The position numbers and the translations under genes were made by a program. Shown in pieces: positions 36,127-51,151 of a stretch of DNA of 64,000 bases. The notes under the pieces were generated by a model. That model ran no database searches. It had not been told where the DNA came from and saw only the letters and a list, made by a program, of their open reading frames with translations. The DNA is taken from NCBI GenBank assembly GCA_951406725.2, contig OX597820.1, forward strand, positions 24,614,001-24,678,000. Reading direction: 5' to 3'. Positions within the stretch are counted from its first letter, which is position 1. Every line of letters starts with the position of its first letter. Source of the DNA: Octopus vulgaris (lineage: Eukaryota).

Positions 36127-36812
36127 GTCTACGTAACAACCTACTGACAACTCTACCGGTGTATATATAAAATGTGGGTATTGGGGTATGATATTAATAT
36201 ATATTTAGAAGAGTTTTTTTTCCTTTAATTTGAAAAGATCTAAACGTCAAAATAGTATTTTCGACTTTCTATATATTTTTTTCATTATTTTGTGAAATAT
36301 TAACATCACGCGCCAGTAAAGTGTTTCAAGGCATAATAGCAAATAAAGATATCAGTATGAATGTTATAATCTTTTTAGTTTCCATGAGAGCTAAGAATTT
36401 AAGGGTTACATATATTATATACGAGCATATAATATATGTAACTGTATCGACCAAATCATCGGATGTAGATATACACGGCTGGCCACAATGCGCGTCCTCA
36501 CATTGTTGTGACTTACGAGTGATGCTAACCCACTGGCTAGGCGGACTGGTCAGCATTTCCCTTGTATGGAACGTCAGTCGGTCTTTGAGTTGAATGGGAT
36601 TGAGCAACATGAAATGAAGTGTTTTGCTCCAAGAGCTCAACGCACCGCCGTTCTGGGAATCGAAACCGTGATCTTGCCATCGTGAATACAGCACACAAAC
36701 CACTAGGATTTATAGATATGGAGTGGTGCATGGCGTTGTGGTTTGGAATGTTGCATTTACGATCGTGTGATGCAACGTATGTTTTTCTATGTAGGGAAAA
36801 TAATGTATTAAA

Positions 36813-36844
<32 letters not shown>

Positions 36845-36849
36845 GTCTG

Positions 36850-36884
<35 letters not shown>

Positions 36885-36894
36885 TCTCTTTCTC

Positions 36895-37308
36895 ACTTTT
36901 ACTCTCTTTTACTTGTTTCAGTCATTTGACTGCGGCCATGCTGGAGCACCGCTTTTAGTCGAGGAAATCGACCCCAAGACTTATTCTTTGGAAGCCTAGT
37001 ACTTATTCTATCGGTTATATTGTCGAGACACTAAGTTACGGGGACGTAAACACACCACCATCTGTTGTCAAGTGATGTTGGGGGGGGGGGGAACAAACAC
37101 AGACATACAAACATATACACACACATATACACATATACATATATACAACAGGCTTCTTTCAGTTTCTGTCTACCGAATCCACTCACAAGGCTTTGGTCGG
37201 CCTGAGGTTATAGTAGAAGACACTTGCCCAAGGTGCCACGCAGTGGGAATGAACACAGAACCATATTGTTGGTAAGCATGCTACTTACCACACAGCCACT
37301 CCTGCGCC
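36895..37308 (-). mobile_element. SINE family B, full length
   Basis: Reverse complement of 60784-61257. Confidence 0.88.
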
Positions 37309-37369
37309 ATATATATATATATATACACACACACATATGCATGCATATCATACTATATTAAATTATATA

Positions 37370-37762
37370 TATTTCTTTATTGCCCACAGGGGGCTAAACA
37401 TAGAGAGGACAAACAAGGACAAAGTGTTTCAGTCGATTAAATCGACCCCGGTGCGTAACTGGTACTTATGTAATCGACCCAGAAGGGGTGAAAGTCAAAG
37501 TCAACTTCGGCGCAGTTTGAACTCAGAACCTAACGGCAGACGAAATACCTATTTCTCTACTACCCACAAGGAGCAAAGAAGGACAGACAAACGGATTAAG
37601 TCAATTATATCGACCCCAGTGCGTAACTGGTACTTATTTAATCGACCCTGAAAGGATGAAAGACAAAGTTGACCTCGGCGGAGTTTGAACTCAGAATGTA
37701 ACGGTAGACGAAATACCGCTAGGCATTTTGCTCGGCGTGTTATCGATTCTGCCAGCTCGCGG
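37370..37762 (-). mobile_element. SINE family C tandem dimer with Tx1-type tail
   Basis: Two core copies; tail tttctttattgcccacagggggctaaacatagagaggacaaac. Confidence 0.8.
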
Positions 37763-37866
37763 CCCTTGCCAGCTCGCCGCCCTATATTAGATTATATAGA
37801 AAAACATACGTGCCTAGTGTGTTCATGCATATTTGGGTGTGTATATACATATATAAAATTTGTATA

Positions 37867-37918
<52 letters not shown>

Positions 37919-38189
37919 CTTCCATCTGTACGTATAATATTTGTAAGTGTTGGTATACCTGCATGCACATATGACACCAGCAATATCGACGCCAGATTCC
38001 TTTAAACACATATGTCCAGTATACATCAAATTCAGTCTTTATCGGTTATCAGATTCTTCAAAACCACTGTATGTATAAGAATCTCCAACATTCTTCAATT
38101 CTGATTTCCACTGAAACTATACGCTATTTACAAACAGATTTGGAATTATACATATATAAATATATATGTATATATATGTGTGTGTGTGC

Positions 38190-38223
<34 letters not shown>

Positions 38224-38577
38224 GCGCACACTGGCGCTCTCATACAATCTCATTACGTACTTATACACCTCACCAGCAGAGACACCCTGATTTATAAAGA
38301 GCATTAATCTTTGTATAAGAGTTTATATTGATTTATAGATATGGAACAATACGAGTATGTCTCAATCAGTATATGTTTCCGCGTACACACACACACACAC
38401 ACACACGCAGATACACACTCTTCAGCACGCGCGAGCACGCACAGACGCATAACACACACTAAAGCACAGATATACAACCTCCATATGTATGTGTGTGTGT
38501 ATATATATATATACACACACGTATATATATACATGTATATATATGCACACACACACACATATATATACATGTGTATA

Positions 38578-38639
<62 letters not shown>

Positions 38640-38653
38640 AATATATATACATG

Positions 38654-38685
<32 letters not shown>

Positions 38686-38763
38686 TACACATGTCTGCAT
38701 CCATATCTTTACATATATATACACATATATAGATGCACATATATATTTATGCATACACACATG

Positions 38764-38811
<48 letters not shown>

Positions 38812-38886
38812 AGTGTGTGTGTGTGTGTGTATATAAACACACACTCACACATATGCCTGTACATAATGTGTGGAGATGAGATGATC

Positions 38887-38917
<31 letters not shown>

Positions 38918-39420
38918 CACGCTTAATAAGACACACACATGCGCACACGCATATATTCATATACGTGTGTATGCGTCAGTACGTGTGCTTGTCTATATGT
39001 ATGTTCGCGTTTGTCTATTCGTGTGTTTGTGTGGAGTATGATTGACATGTCTAAGCATGTGACAAGAAAATAGAATCATTGATTTAAAAGTATAGCAATA
39101 ACTTCCTCTCACCTGCTGATCACCTCCTCTACTTACCTTTACTTCACTCATATTACTAAAAGCTTTTCAGTAATTTCTATAATTGGGTCTGCTAAAACGC
39201 TTCGAAGAAGCCACATTTGCCAATTAAGTGAGTTGGTATATTTCGTGGTAAAAGTTCTTAAGTTCGCTCTCGGTTACAGTCCCTGATATACAGCCTTCCC
39301 TAAATCAATTTCCTGTCTTTCGTCTCGCTCAGTTTAATCAGAAATTATTTCTCAAGAGTGGTTAATTCTCTGTCAGAATCACAGTTACGTAAGAAATGAC
39401 CGCTGTAAACTAGAAGTAGT

Positions 39421-39728
39421 GGAGGCACAATGGCCCAGTGGTTAGGGCAGTGGACTCGCGGTCGGAGGATCGCAGTTTCGATTCCTACACCGGGCGTTGT
39501 GTGTGTTTATTGAGCGAAAACACCTAAAGCTCCACGAAGCTCCGACAGGGAGTGGGTGGGTGTTTAGCGACCCCTGTTGTACTCTTTCGCCACAACTTTC
39601 TCTCACTCTCTCTTCCTGTTTCTTGAGTAACGCTGCGATGGACTGGCGTCCCGTTCAACTGGGGGGGGGACATATACGCCATAGAAACCGGGAAACCGGG
39701 CCCATGAGCCTGGTTAGGCTTGAAAAAA
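39421..39728 (+). mobile_element. SINE family A
   Basis: Reverse-complement match to 1130-1398. Confidence 0.85.
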
Positions 39729-40376
39729 AATAGAAGTAAGCAACTAACTAGCGGAATGAATGTCTCGGTTTCGATTCACGGTTGTAAAGCTCGTTCAATC
39801 TTTTAAATCGTTATTAGAAAAATGTCATATAAAATTCACGCAACTCTCATCCGCTTCTAATAAGCACGAAAATGAACAAGGACTTGAACTCAACCATCTA
39901 GTGGTTAATATGTTTCTTGTGGAGACACAGGCCGTCTACTGATCAACTAAAATTGTTTCTGATAATGGCTAATGTATTTACTAAGTTTAGAGTTATGTTA
40001 CCTTAATTAAATAGAAAAAAAAATATAACATCATTAAACCTATACAAACATCTCGATGTATTTGGCAATAACTTCTATGTATAAATTAAATAATTGATTC
40101 ATTACTTAATCACAATAGAGGCGCGAAGCTTAGTGGTTAGAGAGTTGAGGTTAAGATCAAAAGATAGTGACTTCATGTTCTGTGATGGGCAGCGCGTTGT
40201 ATTCTTGGTCAATGCATTTAAGTTCACTTCATTCCAGTCTATTTAGCTGCAATGACTAGCAGCCTGGCACTGATGCTACCCTCTCTATCTTTTTCCATCT
40301 GTTACGTACTGGAAGTTCCACTGGAAGAAGCATGCATAAAGATGGAAAGAGGCTATATATATATATATATATATAT

Positions 40377-40580
40377 CAGGATAAGATTGATATTTAAAAT
40401 ACCGATCTTATCAGGTGGCCGGATTGGGAATAAAAACCTTTCAAAGGTAATAATTACTTAAAATTATAATTTTGGGTATCTAAGAGATACCTCCGTGAAC
40501 ATTTAATGTGGTTTTAGAGTCAAGCTTTGACTGCTATTTCCAGCGTGGAGGTATCTCATAGTTACCCTAAATTATAATTA
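40377..40580. mobile_element. Decayed fold-back insert in (TA)n
   Basis: Imperfect IR 40462-40494 / 40547-40579; arm homologous to the 48090-48146 arm. Confidence 0.6.
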
Positions 40581-40769
40581 TATATATATGTCTGTTCGCG
40601 ACTATAAAGGAACCTAAAATTATTAGCGAAAATATATATGTTACGAAGCTACATTTGCTCGCGACAGACAGCTGACTGTACTTTGTAATTAAACAAATTA
40701 GTATTGAGGGAATAAGAAAGAAATATAACATTCATTTCATTCTAATGAGTATTACCAGAATAAGTTGAA

Positions 40770-40962
40770 GGGTGGGGAGCTGGCCTAGTCGTAAGCACAC
40801 CGGACAAAATGCATAGCGGTATTTCGCTCGTCGTTATGTCCTGAATTCAAATTTCATTGAGGTCGACTTTCTTTCTTTTCATCCTTCAGCGTCGATAAAA
40901 TAAGTACGAATCAAACAGTGGTGTCGATGTACCGAAAGCAGAAAGGGTTATTATTATTATTA

Positions 40963-41021
<59 letters not shown>

Positions 41022-41250
41022 GATATTAGGGCGATGAGCTAGTTGGATCGTTAGCACGCAGGACAAAATGTTTCGCGGCATTTCGTCCGTCTTTATGTTC
41101 AGAGTTCAAATTCTGCTGAGGTTGACTCCGCCTTTTATCTCTTCAGAGTCGATAAAATAATTACCAGAAGAATGAGCGCTGTGGTCATTATAATCAATTA
41201 GCCCTCTCCTTCAAAATTTTGAGGTCTTGTACCTATTATAGAAAGGATTA
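40770..41250 (+). mobile_element. Two SINE family C copies separated by (TAT)n
   Basis: Core motif at ~40860 and ~41120. Confidence 0.75.
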
Positions 41251-42072
41251 TAAAAGTAAGTACAAAGGTAACGAGCGGACAAGTTCATTGAATTATTTGT
41301 TCTGGTAATATTATGATTTGAACGTCTTTCATCGTAAGCAAATACTAATTAGATCTGACCCCTGGTTAAACAACAGCATCAATGAAAACATGCTTTACTA
41401 AGATCGAAGGTGACGGTCTAACTATAGAACAATACTTCAGATTTATTTGAGAGTTGTTTGGAGAAGTTGTGACATACATTTCTCTTGATGTCATGAATAT
41501 GTTATTAAAGATTCAAAACCAGCGCAAAAATATAGCTCATAACCCCATTTCTTGTTAGAACCTACTTTCTAAGTCTGCATTCTAAAGATAATTTTTAACA
41601 ATGCAGAACAATGGCCCGACGGAAATTTGATTTTTCCGTTACTTTTAGTGATTTTTTTTCTTTCGTACACTTTTCCCCTCTAGATATAAACAATGACAGT
41701 GAAATGGAATGGTTGAAAATCTTAGGGCAAAGGTAAAAAGGAAAGAAGAGAATAAAATAGAAAAGAAAATATCTGTAGATGAAAAGTAAAAAACCTCTAC
41801 TTCCTTTCTATTCTCTCGCAAGAATCGGACATGTCTTGTGTCTTGGCACCACAATAGGGATTATGTGTGTATATATGTTTGCATGTATATATGTGTATAT
41901 ATTTGTGTGTATTTGTGTGTGGGTGTGTGTATGTGTATGTCATAATAACGGTTGTATTGAGTCGCCCGTTGTGGAGAAAAAATCCAGTGTTACCAAGAAT
42001 GGAAATTATTCAAAAACAATAATCGATTCTTCATAATTCTATGAATTCAATATTCGACATTATATTTCCTTT

Positions 42073-42119
<47 letters not shown>

Positions 42120-42151
42120 TGATGATGATGATGATGATGATAATAATAATA

Positions 42152-42185
<34 letters not shown>

Positions 42186-42398
42186 CGATGATGATGATAA
42201 TAATAATAATAATAATAATAATAATAGTAAAAATAATAATCTCAATGATAGAATTGAAAGCAACACCAACAACAATGATGTCTTTATTTCCCACCAAGGG
42301 CCTATTTGCGGAGAAAAGAAATGCGTTACAACTTTGTCACAAAATTTTGTGGCGATCAGACTCAAGATGTCATATAAAACAAAGGCGGGAAGAAAAAA

Positions 42399-42680
42399 TA
42401 TGTGGTCTGATCAATAAGTATCAAGACTGTTGCCATAGTAACAAATTTAAAGCTCGTAGTGTAAAGCCGCTAGGCACAGTTTGACTTTAAACTTTGCTGT
42501 ACATGCGCACTAAGTTTTAAAGTTCTAGCTCCCTTCCACAGTTTACAGCAGTGGTTGGAAGGAAGGTATATAGTGTGTGAGCGTCACATTGACCATGACA
42601 GAGAAAGTTGAGCAGAAGATCTGCATCAAATTTTGCCAAAAGCTTGGCGATACCTGCTTAGAGGCCTACGCAAAGTTTTC
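42399..42680 (+). mobile_element. Mariner 5' end with transposase N-terminus
   Basis: MTEKVEQKICIKFCQKLGDTCLEAYAK resembles the mariner N-terminal HTH; TIR-like start tatgtggtctgatcaataagtatc. Confidence 0.75.
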
Positions 42681-42919
42681 AAACAGTTTTCGTTGTTCTC
42701 GACATACTGAACAATTTCTCAAAATACTGAACAATTTCTTCAAGCACCAGTTACGACGGAGTAGTTGAGAAAAGACTCACATCTTCCTAATACTTAACAT
42801 TGCAAAGTAATGTCCTGCAGTACCTTATCTCTTACTTGTTCTCACATAATCGGTATCTGCTACACTCAAATATGCATTGGTTATACCCTGAGAGACATTG
42901 TGAACGTCATATATATATG

Positions 42920-43076
42920 ACGTTCAAATTCCGCCGAGGTCGACTTTGCCTTTCATCCTTTCGGGGTCGATAAATTAAGTACCAGTTACGCACTGGGGTC
43001 GATGTAATCGACTTGATCCGTTTGTCTGTCCTTGTTTGTCCCCTCTGTGTTTAACCCATTGTGGGTAGTAAAGAAA
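42920..43076 (+). mobile_element. 5'-truncated SINE family C with Tx1-type tail, in (TA)n
   Basis: Core + tttgtcccctctgtgtttaacccattgtgggtagtaaagaaa. Confidence 0.85.
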
Positions 43077-44951
43077 TATATATATATATCGAAGGAAATG
43101 GGCTTCTACGCGTACATCCTACTCGTCGTCATTGGGCGGTACAATGTTTTTTTTTTATTTAGACGAGCAACTTCCTCGTTTTTCTTTCACTCATTCCAAT
43201 GATCTCAAAATGTAAGGTTCTTGTTCATCTTCAATACAGAGTATTGACTCAATATCACAAGACGATTCACAGGAGCAGTTGGTTAATGCCGCGGTCCCTG
43301 GCTGTTGGCTTTTGGGATCGAGGGCAAGGAGATCATTTACGTTGTTCTCGGTGACTCGACCAGTTGTGCTTTGGGAACTGTAGTTTATATGGCTTACTGT
43401 TCTCTTCTTTCCTCTTTCTCAAAGGACCATTTAGAGATCTATTTAAAGTTTTCCGGGCAGAAAGACTTTAAATGGCTCTACAATGTTAGACTGAAAGGAT
43501 TTATTTTCATAAACAGAAAGATGCAACTCTGAAATTGCACGCTAGGTTTTCTCACTTATTAGACATTTTATGTCTATACAGATGTCATTTTGACACTTTG
43601 GTGATCACAATCCGATTAATGCCATTACCTGATTAGTGCCCGTAGTTATGCTGATGAGTCAGATCACCAACAACTCCATTAGTGCCGCAGATATGACAAT
43701 GTCACTGGTCCGACACTGTAAACTTGTGCTGCTTCATCTCGTGTATTGTCGCACAAACCTGTGAATTGTTTACGTTATTCTAACCCAGCTGGTATGCTCA
43801 TCGCCCTCACGATTATTAAAAGCATGTGATACTATTCCATAATCCCTTCTCTAATCGATGGAAGAGACATCACTGAACACATCAGCAAGGATTATTGTCT
43901 GATGTTGTCCTGAAGGAAAATCTGTTTTCCATTATGCAGAGACATATGGCTTTCTTCTGTGCTCGCGTTTGAGACAAAGAAGCATCGCATTTTGTCGCAA
44001 ATGTAGATGTTTTATCTTAAGCTTTACATATGGTCCTTTTTTGGATAGCGTTGCTAGCGAAAGACTTCCTGGCCCGTCCTATAAAGAACACTTTCGCCCA
44101 TTAATTCCCTCTTGCTTACTTGGTTTTAATAAAAGTATATGAGTATGTATGTGTGTATTAATATTGATTTCAAATTTTGGCATAAGGCTGGTAATTTCTG
44201 AGGAGGGAGGAAGTTGATTACGTAGACCCCGGTGCTCGGCTGGTACTTTTATCAACCCCGAAAGGATGAAAGGTAAATTCAACCTCTGTAGAATTTGAAC
44301 TTAGAACGTAAAGAAGGACAAAATGCCGCGAAGCATTTCTCCTGGTGTGACAACGATTCTGCTACCTTGCCACCTTAAAATGTGTGTTAATATTGTTATT
44401 AATAGCAACATCTTTCAAATTATTCAAATTGACAAACATATTTAATCGTTTAAATATAATTCATTTTGTGGTTTGAGCTTTGCTGCGGAATTGAATTTTT
44501 TAAATTTTTCTTTGGCGTTTATTTATTTTCTGTGTCGTACGTCCATGATCGATTTTTCTAATAGAGCACGTTTTTTTCTCTACTGAGATATACTTCTTGA
44601 ATTAGTTGTAAACAGAAAGAGAAAATATACTGATGTCCAAAAGCAACAGCCCTTACATCACCACAACCACTCTCGGTGAAGGGGACGACGGCCAAATCCT
44701 TCCAGGATGTTTATTATTGAAAATTCGCCAAGACTGAATATTTTCATTCAGTTGTACATGGTAAATTGCTGTGAATCCCCGAGGAATTTTGGAACTCGTC
44801 CCTACACTGTGAATGCAATAATAAGAATTGTAATATTCACAACAACAAAGGCAATTATTACAAGAACGACAAAAATGAAAACAAGAACAACATTAATGTG
44901 GAAACATATAAAGAGAATTGAAGAAACTTCACAAAAGAAACTAAATGTCAA

Positions 44952-44993
<42 letters not shown>

Positions 44994-45085
44994 CATTTAT
45001 ATACTTAAAGAGATAGAGAGAGGGAAAGAGAGAAAGTAAGCGAATATATATAGATATATATACGTATACATACATAAATACATAC

Positions 45086-45164
<79 letters not shown>

Positions 45165-45609
45165 TAAATGTCTGTGTGTGTATGTATTTAGAAGTGCGTG
45201 TGTATATGTATGTGTATTGTGCATGTCTATGTGCGTGTATGTACGCGCACGCACGTTTAGTGTACGTGTACGTGAGTTTGCGATGATATTGATTATCGCA
45301 TTTTAAGTTTTTATTTTCGCTCCAGAAAAATAAGCAAATCTAATTTGGTCTATATGAATTTTTTTTTCTCAGCGAAAATTAGGATCATATAGAATCGATT
45401 GATATAACCATTTTCAAGCGAATATAGATAAAGAATAGTCTTTAATATCATATTCAGAGCCACAAAATCTATCCTGAAGTCTCTATCTCCAGTTTTGTTC
45501 TGTTAGTGGAGTAAAGATATGTTATAGGATACTAGTCTACTGCAGTGTGGTTTTTTTTTTTTCTCGGGAGAAGGAATGAAAGGGGCGTGAAGTGTGTACT
45601 ACTCGAAGT

Positions 45610-46013
45610 TCTTTTCTACTCTAGGCAAAAAGCCCGAAATTTTTGGGAAGGGTGGGGGCAGTCGATTTGATCGACCCCAGTACGCAACTGATATTTAATT
45701 TATCGACCCCTTTCTTCGAAACAATGAAACCAAAGTCGACCTCGGCGGAATTTGTACTCAGAACGTAAAGACAGATGAAATACCTATTTCTTTACTACCC
45801 ACAAGGGGCAAAACACAGAGGGGACAAACAAGGACAGACAAACGGATTAAGTCGATTACATCGACCCCAGTGTGTAACTGGTACTTAATTTATCGACCCC
45901 GAATGGATGAAAGGCAAAGTCGACCTCGGCGAAATTTGAACTCAGATCGTAACGGCAGACGAAATACGGCTACGCATTTCGCCCGGTGTGCTAACGTTTC
46001 TGTCAGCTCGCCA
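45610..46013 (-). mobile_element. SINE family C dimer (two different tails)
   Basis: Upstream unit ends in the Tx1-type tail (45787-45830); downstream unit ends in the alternative ...gcctagagtagaaaagaa tail. Confidence 0.8.
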
Positions 46014-46054
46014 CATAAGAGTACTATTTGTAGTGTAGTATGTGACTACTACTC

Positions 46055-46384
46055 CTCGTCATTACTTTTGTCTGTCATTACTTTTGAGATAGTACTTCTT
46101 GATACACCAAATATTTCGGCTGTTTTCGTTACGCTAGTGCCTGCCATAGAGAACCAAAAACTTTTCCTCTTTAAAAGTCCAATAGATCTGTCATTTTAAT
46201 GAATTTTAATTACTTTTTTCCGATGATATCTGAAAAGATACAACAATTTCAGCAAAACATATTAAGCAACACTAACAATAAATCAAAACACATAAAAATA
46301 AACAAGCTTTTGACGGTTTTATAGATATTTCAAAATTATGATGCGATGATGCTAGGTGTTTCCATTACTTTGTCCAACCCCTGT
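46055..46384 (-). mobile_element. Tc1-like transposon 5' remnant
   Basis: TIR-like caggggttggacaaagtaatggaaacacc; decayed MTDLLDF.RG...AGTSVTKTAEIFGVSRSTISKVMT HTH. Confidence 0.75.
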
Positions 46385-46507
46385 TGATATGTAAATATCA
46401 ATATGTATACACACACATGTATGTATGTATGTATGTATGTATGTATGTATGTATGTATGTATGTATGTATGTATGTATGTATGTATGTATGTATGTATGT
46501 ATGTATG

Positions 46508-46820
46508 AAGCAATAGTTGTTTTCTGAAATGAACTGGAGGTCATCCACAATAAATTTTCTATCTAAATGCTCCGGTATTTGGCATTTCATACGGAAATGA
46601 ATCTAGTCCGTATTTTATAGCTTCGATTTTATAATTATCTGGAATGTTGCCAGGTTCACATCAAATGTGACATTATAGGTCTGTTCGTATACTCTAGTAG
46701 GAATATCATCTATGAATCTCTTTACGTGCTTGTGGAAAAGCTTTAGTACAATGTCTAGGAATTTACTTAAACGATGTTATTCGCAAGATGGGCCTGCTTA
46801 AATAGGTTTTCGTTTTACCT
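46508..46820 (-). pseudogene. Penelope-like element reverse transcriptase fragment
   Basis: Minus strand KPI*AGPSCE*HRLSKFLDIVLK...VTFDV...NIP...IEAIKY...FIVDDLQFISENNYCF follows PLE RT motif order; stops and frameshifts. Confidence 0.72.
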
Positions 46821-47138
46821 ACAATGGTGACGGTACTTTCACACAATTAATTAATTTTTGCTTTTCCACATGTTTCATTAATTAGTTTATTCTTAAGTAT
46901 TTTAGGTAGTCCTTAGAAGTTCTTACTTTATATTTAAAATTTGTTAGATAACACTATGTAACTAATATTTTGTTTTAATTTTTTCCCTATTTGCTTCAAT
47001 CTAGAAAAAAAAAGTGACTACTATTCCCTTAAAACATTGCTTTTGTGACCCGGGCATCAATGTTTTCAAACTGACATATTTTCCATTAAATTTCAGACAG
47101 ATTCAGTGCTGAGCTGCTGAAGCAGAAATATCGTAATA

Positions 47139-47303
47139 GCAAATATTCTGCTCAATACCACAAATTTGCTTGTTAGTTACTTGACCGTAACCACTTGAGC
47201 ATGTCCCTTAGTGGCTGACAATATGTGCATCTTTGATTACGAGCAGGAGTAGTGGCGGAGCATCACAACCATGCGTTGGGAGGAATTCTTTGGGGTTTGA
47301 ATA
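47139..47303 (+). mobile_element. Internal fragment of the (AAT)n-embedded retroposon
   Basis: Reverse complement of ~7635-7800. Confidence 0.75.
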
Positions 47304-47861
47304 AATGTTACAAAAGCAAAGTTTGAAAGCCATTTTTTAATTCATTCTAGGAGTAAGCATATAACAGTTGCTACCCAAGGACAAAGTCGTGTTACACAAA
47401 GTGATTTAATGCTTTATCGTTTAATAAATTTCGATATGTGTGTAGTTGTTTGATAATTTTTCACAGGATTGTAATTTTTGTTCTCTTCATAGAATACATT
47501 GTAACATATTCAATGCAATATTCGCGTAATATTCTGTATCTATGACAACAACTGAACATCTTCTGATTTCCTTAATGATTGCACTTTTACCAAACTGTTA
47601 GGGGATCCATTGTTGTGTTAAAAAAAGAATAAAATTGTTTTTACGTTTTTCTATAGGAAACTTCGAAATATAAGCACAGAATTTACCAAGAGCTGTATTT
47701 CTTCCTATGCATATATGTGGTGTGCGCGCGCGCGTGTGTGATTGTGTGTGTGTCTGTATGTGTGTGCGCGTGTATGTATATGTATGTATGGATGGATGTA
47801 AAGATGTGTGCGCGAATGTATGTACACATACACATATACATACATATATATGTATCTATGC

Positions 47862-47901
<40 letters not shown>

Positions 47902-47907
<6 letters not shown>

Positions 47908-48248
47908 TATAAGAGAGTTACCACTATGTGGATAGCTCTAGTGCTAAAAATAGCTCCGTTACTAGTATAGCTACAGAAAGATGTTTCCAAGAAGAAATAA
48001 CATGACATTTAACGGAAGGAAAGTGAAACATAACGAAAAAATAGATGTTTTTTCTTCTTGGAAACATCTTTCTGTGGCTATACTAGTAACGGAGCTATTT
48101 TTAGCACTAGAGCTATCCACATAGTGGTAACTCTCTTATAATTTATGTATAACTTTGTATTATCTCCCTAGTTTTATGTGCTAAGCCACTTGGTGTTATA
48201 CTGACGGTATTATTAAATTAATATCAAATTTTTCACCCTCATTTATAA
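47902..48248. mobile_element. Fold-back insert in (TA)n
   Basis: ~102-bp near-perfect arms 47902-48003 / 48045-48146; right arm extends ~100 bp further. Confidence 0.8.
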
Positions 48249-48279
<31 letters not shown>

Positions 48280-48435
48280 GGCGCAGGTAAGAAGCTTGCT
48301 TCCCAACCACATGGTTTCGGGTTCAGTCCCACTGTGTGGTATCTTGGGTAAGTGTCTTCTACTATAGCTTCGGGCAGACCAAAACCTTGTGAGTGGATTT
48401 GGTAGACGGAAGCTGAAATGAGGGTGAAAAATATG

Positions 48436-48493
<58 letters not shown>

Positions 48494-48732
48494 TGTGTGT
48501 GAGAGACAGAGAGAGTGGGGTGAGAAATTGTGAGTGCTTGTGTATCTGTGTCTATCCCCACCATCGCTTGACAACCGATAACTAAGCTGTAACTTACCAG
48601 CTCGGCGTAAGAGACCGATAGAATAAGTGCTAGGCTTACAAAGAATATTCCTGGGGTTGATTTGTTCGATCAAAGGTGATGCTACAGCATGGTCGCAATC
48701 AAATGACTGAAACAAGCAAAGGAATGAAAGAA
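48280..48732 (+). mobile_element. SINE family B
   Basis: Matches 60784-61257. Confidence 0.8.
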
Positions 48733-48880
48733 TATATATATATCCATTATGACTTATTTAATGTATGCATGTATATATGTATGTATGAATGGATGGATGG
48801 ATGGTTAGAAGGATGGAAGGATGTATAGATGTTTGGATGAATGTAAGGATGTGTATTAGAGCGCGCGCATGCTTGCATGC

Positions 48881-48922
<42 letters not shown>

Positions 48923-49260
48923 GCGCAGGCACGCGCGTGCACACACACATCCTTACATTCATCCTAACAACTATACATCCTTCCATCCATACATCCATCC
49001 ATACACACACACACACACACACACACAAATACATACTCACTCACACACAAACACACACACTCACACACATATGTATGTATGCATGTATGTACGTATGTGA
49101 ATATGTATGTATGTATGTATGTATGAATGCGTGTGTATGCGTGTATGTTTGTATGTATGTATGAATGTGTGTGTATGTGTGTATGTTTGTATGTATGCAT
49201 ATATATGTACATATATATGTGATTGTATGTGTATATATATAATATGTGTATATATGTATA

Positions 49261-49345
<85 letters not shown>

Positions 49346-49732
49346 TGCGAGAGAGGGAAAGACAGAGAAAGGGGGGATGATGTTATGGTCTTGTATTCGG
49401 TACTAAATGGGTTTTGTAATTACACTGTTGTTATGCTGGGCCGTGTTTTCATTTTTAGCCGATCTTAGTGACCCCATTACTTATTTCACTCCAGCATTTA
49501 TTTTATCCATATCTGATTTCACTGATTGGCTCAGTTACCATCTTAATTCAGCAGAGCTCTTGTTTTAATTGCTGCCGTTCTTTCACACACACAAGCTCAT
49601 AAGTATATACTCCCACTCAGACTAAAACACGCAGAGGCACAGAGACATTCGCGTAAACGCACATAATAGACACCCACTCACACGCAAACATCGTCCCCCA
49701 ATCGTTTCTCTCTCTTTCCCTCTCTCGCACTC

Positions 49733-49785
<53 letters not shown>

Positions 49786-51090
49786 CTATACATATATACA
49801 CATATTATATATACACACACAAACACATATATATGCATACATACATATATATATATATGTGTGTGTATGTATGTATATATATTACATATATTATCCCTAA
49901 CACCGTTAAATATGTATACGTGTATATATTATTCATCAACGCGTTCATTATATATGAATATGTTTGTGTGCATGTTCATCACGTGTACATTACGCATATC
50001 ATACTCGTATGTACATACACATACGCATACATACAAACATACACGCATACACACACATTCATACATACATAGATACGTACATACTCACATACATACATAC
50101 ATACGTACATACATATATACACACATACATACATACACACAATCATACATACGTGCACGCTAAATGTTTTTATAGAATCGATTCATAAAAACCATTCATT
50201 TTTAAATCATTTTTTTCTTCTTTCAGTTTCATTTCAAGCATTACAAACGGTTTTAGTATTAGCTCTCGCTTAAATTACGCTACATTTATAAACAGAGTAG
50301 ATTAGTAAAAATAAATAGCACATAATAGGGAAATGTGCAGAACTGACTTCAATTTGCAAAGAATGTTTGATCCACAAAGATCCTACTCAATAGCTATTGT
50401 TACAACAAAAGTATTTCCGGCTTTTATGAGATTGGATCATTAATTGGATAGCAATCAAAGCCGTGAAAACGGAGAAGGTAGCGTTCAACGTACATGCTAC
50501 TCGACGTAATTTTTTAAATAAACAAAGAGCATAGTACGTAGCTCTTAACAGTCAAATCCTTTTGTATCTGTTCTTTCGAATATTTTGATACTGTTATATG
50601 TGATAAGGTTAAACGTCTTTCTGTTTGTTTGTTTTTGGGGGTATCTTTTTTGCTTTTGGTTTCTAAATTTTTTTTGCTTCATTTTCGTTTCATTTTGCAT
50701 TATTTTTGCAAACAAAACTTGGGAACGTGCCATTGGTTTCGAGTGTTAATTTAATGTGGGATTTGACTGAGAACTATATCGGCGTATGTCAATGGGTGCG
50801 TGCTAGCGCGAGCGTGTGCGTGAGTGTATGTGTGTATGTGTGAATGTGTGTGTGTGTTTGTGCGTACGTCTGTACGAACATGCACGTATATATGTATTCC
50901 TGTGTGTGCATGTTTGTAAGTGCATGCGTAGGTGTGCGTGTGTGCATATTTCTGTGCATGCGGAAGTGCGTATATTTGTTCTCTATGTACATGATAGACA
51001 ATACGTCTATATTGTATAAGACTGTGTATACGCGTGTACACACACAGAGAAAGACACACACATTTACGTTTATGCATGCCTATTTATACA

Positions 51091-51149
<59 letters not shown>

Positions 51150-51151
<2 letters not shown>

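Noticed and set aside
43100-44080. 1 kb of non-repetitive, moderately GC-rich DNA containing CTGATGAG and a YADE-like translation
   Set aside because: No sustained ORF on either strand and no GAAA/stem partner; probably a decayed transposon but unidentifiable by eye
44616-44760. Candidate second exon of the receptor gene
   Set aside because: The phase-0 frame after the AG stops within six codons, and other frames show no receptor similarity
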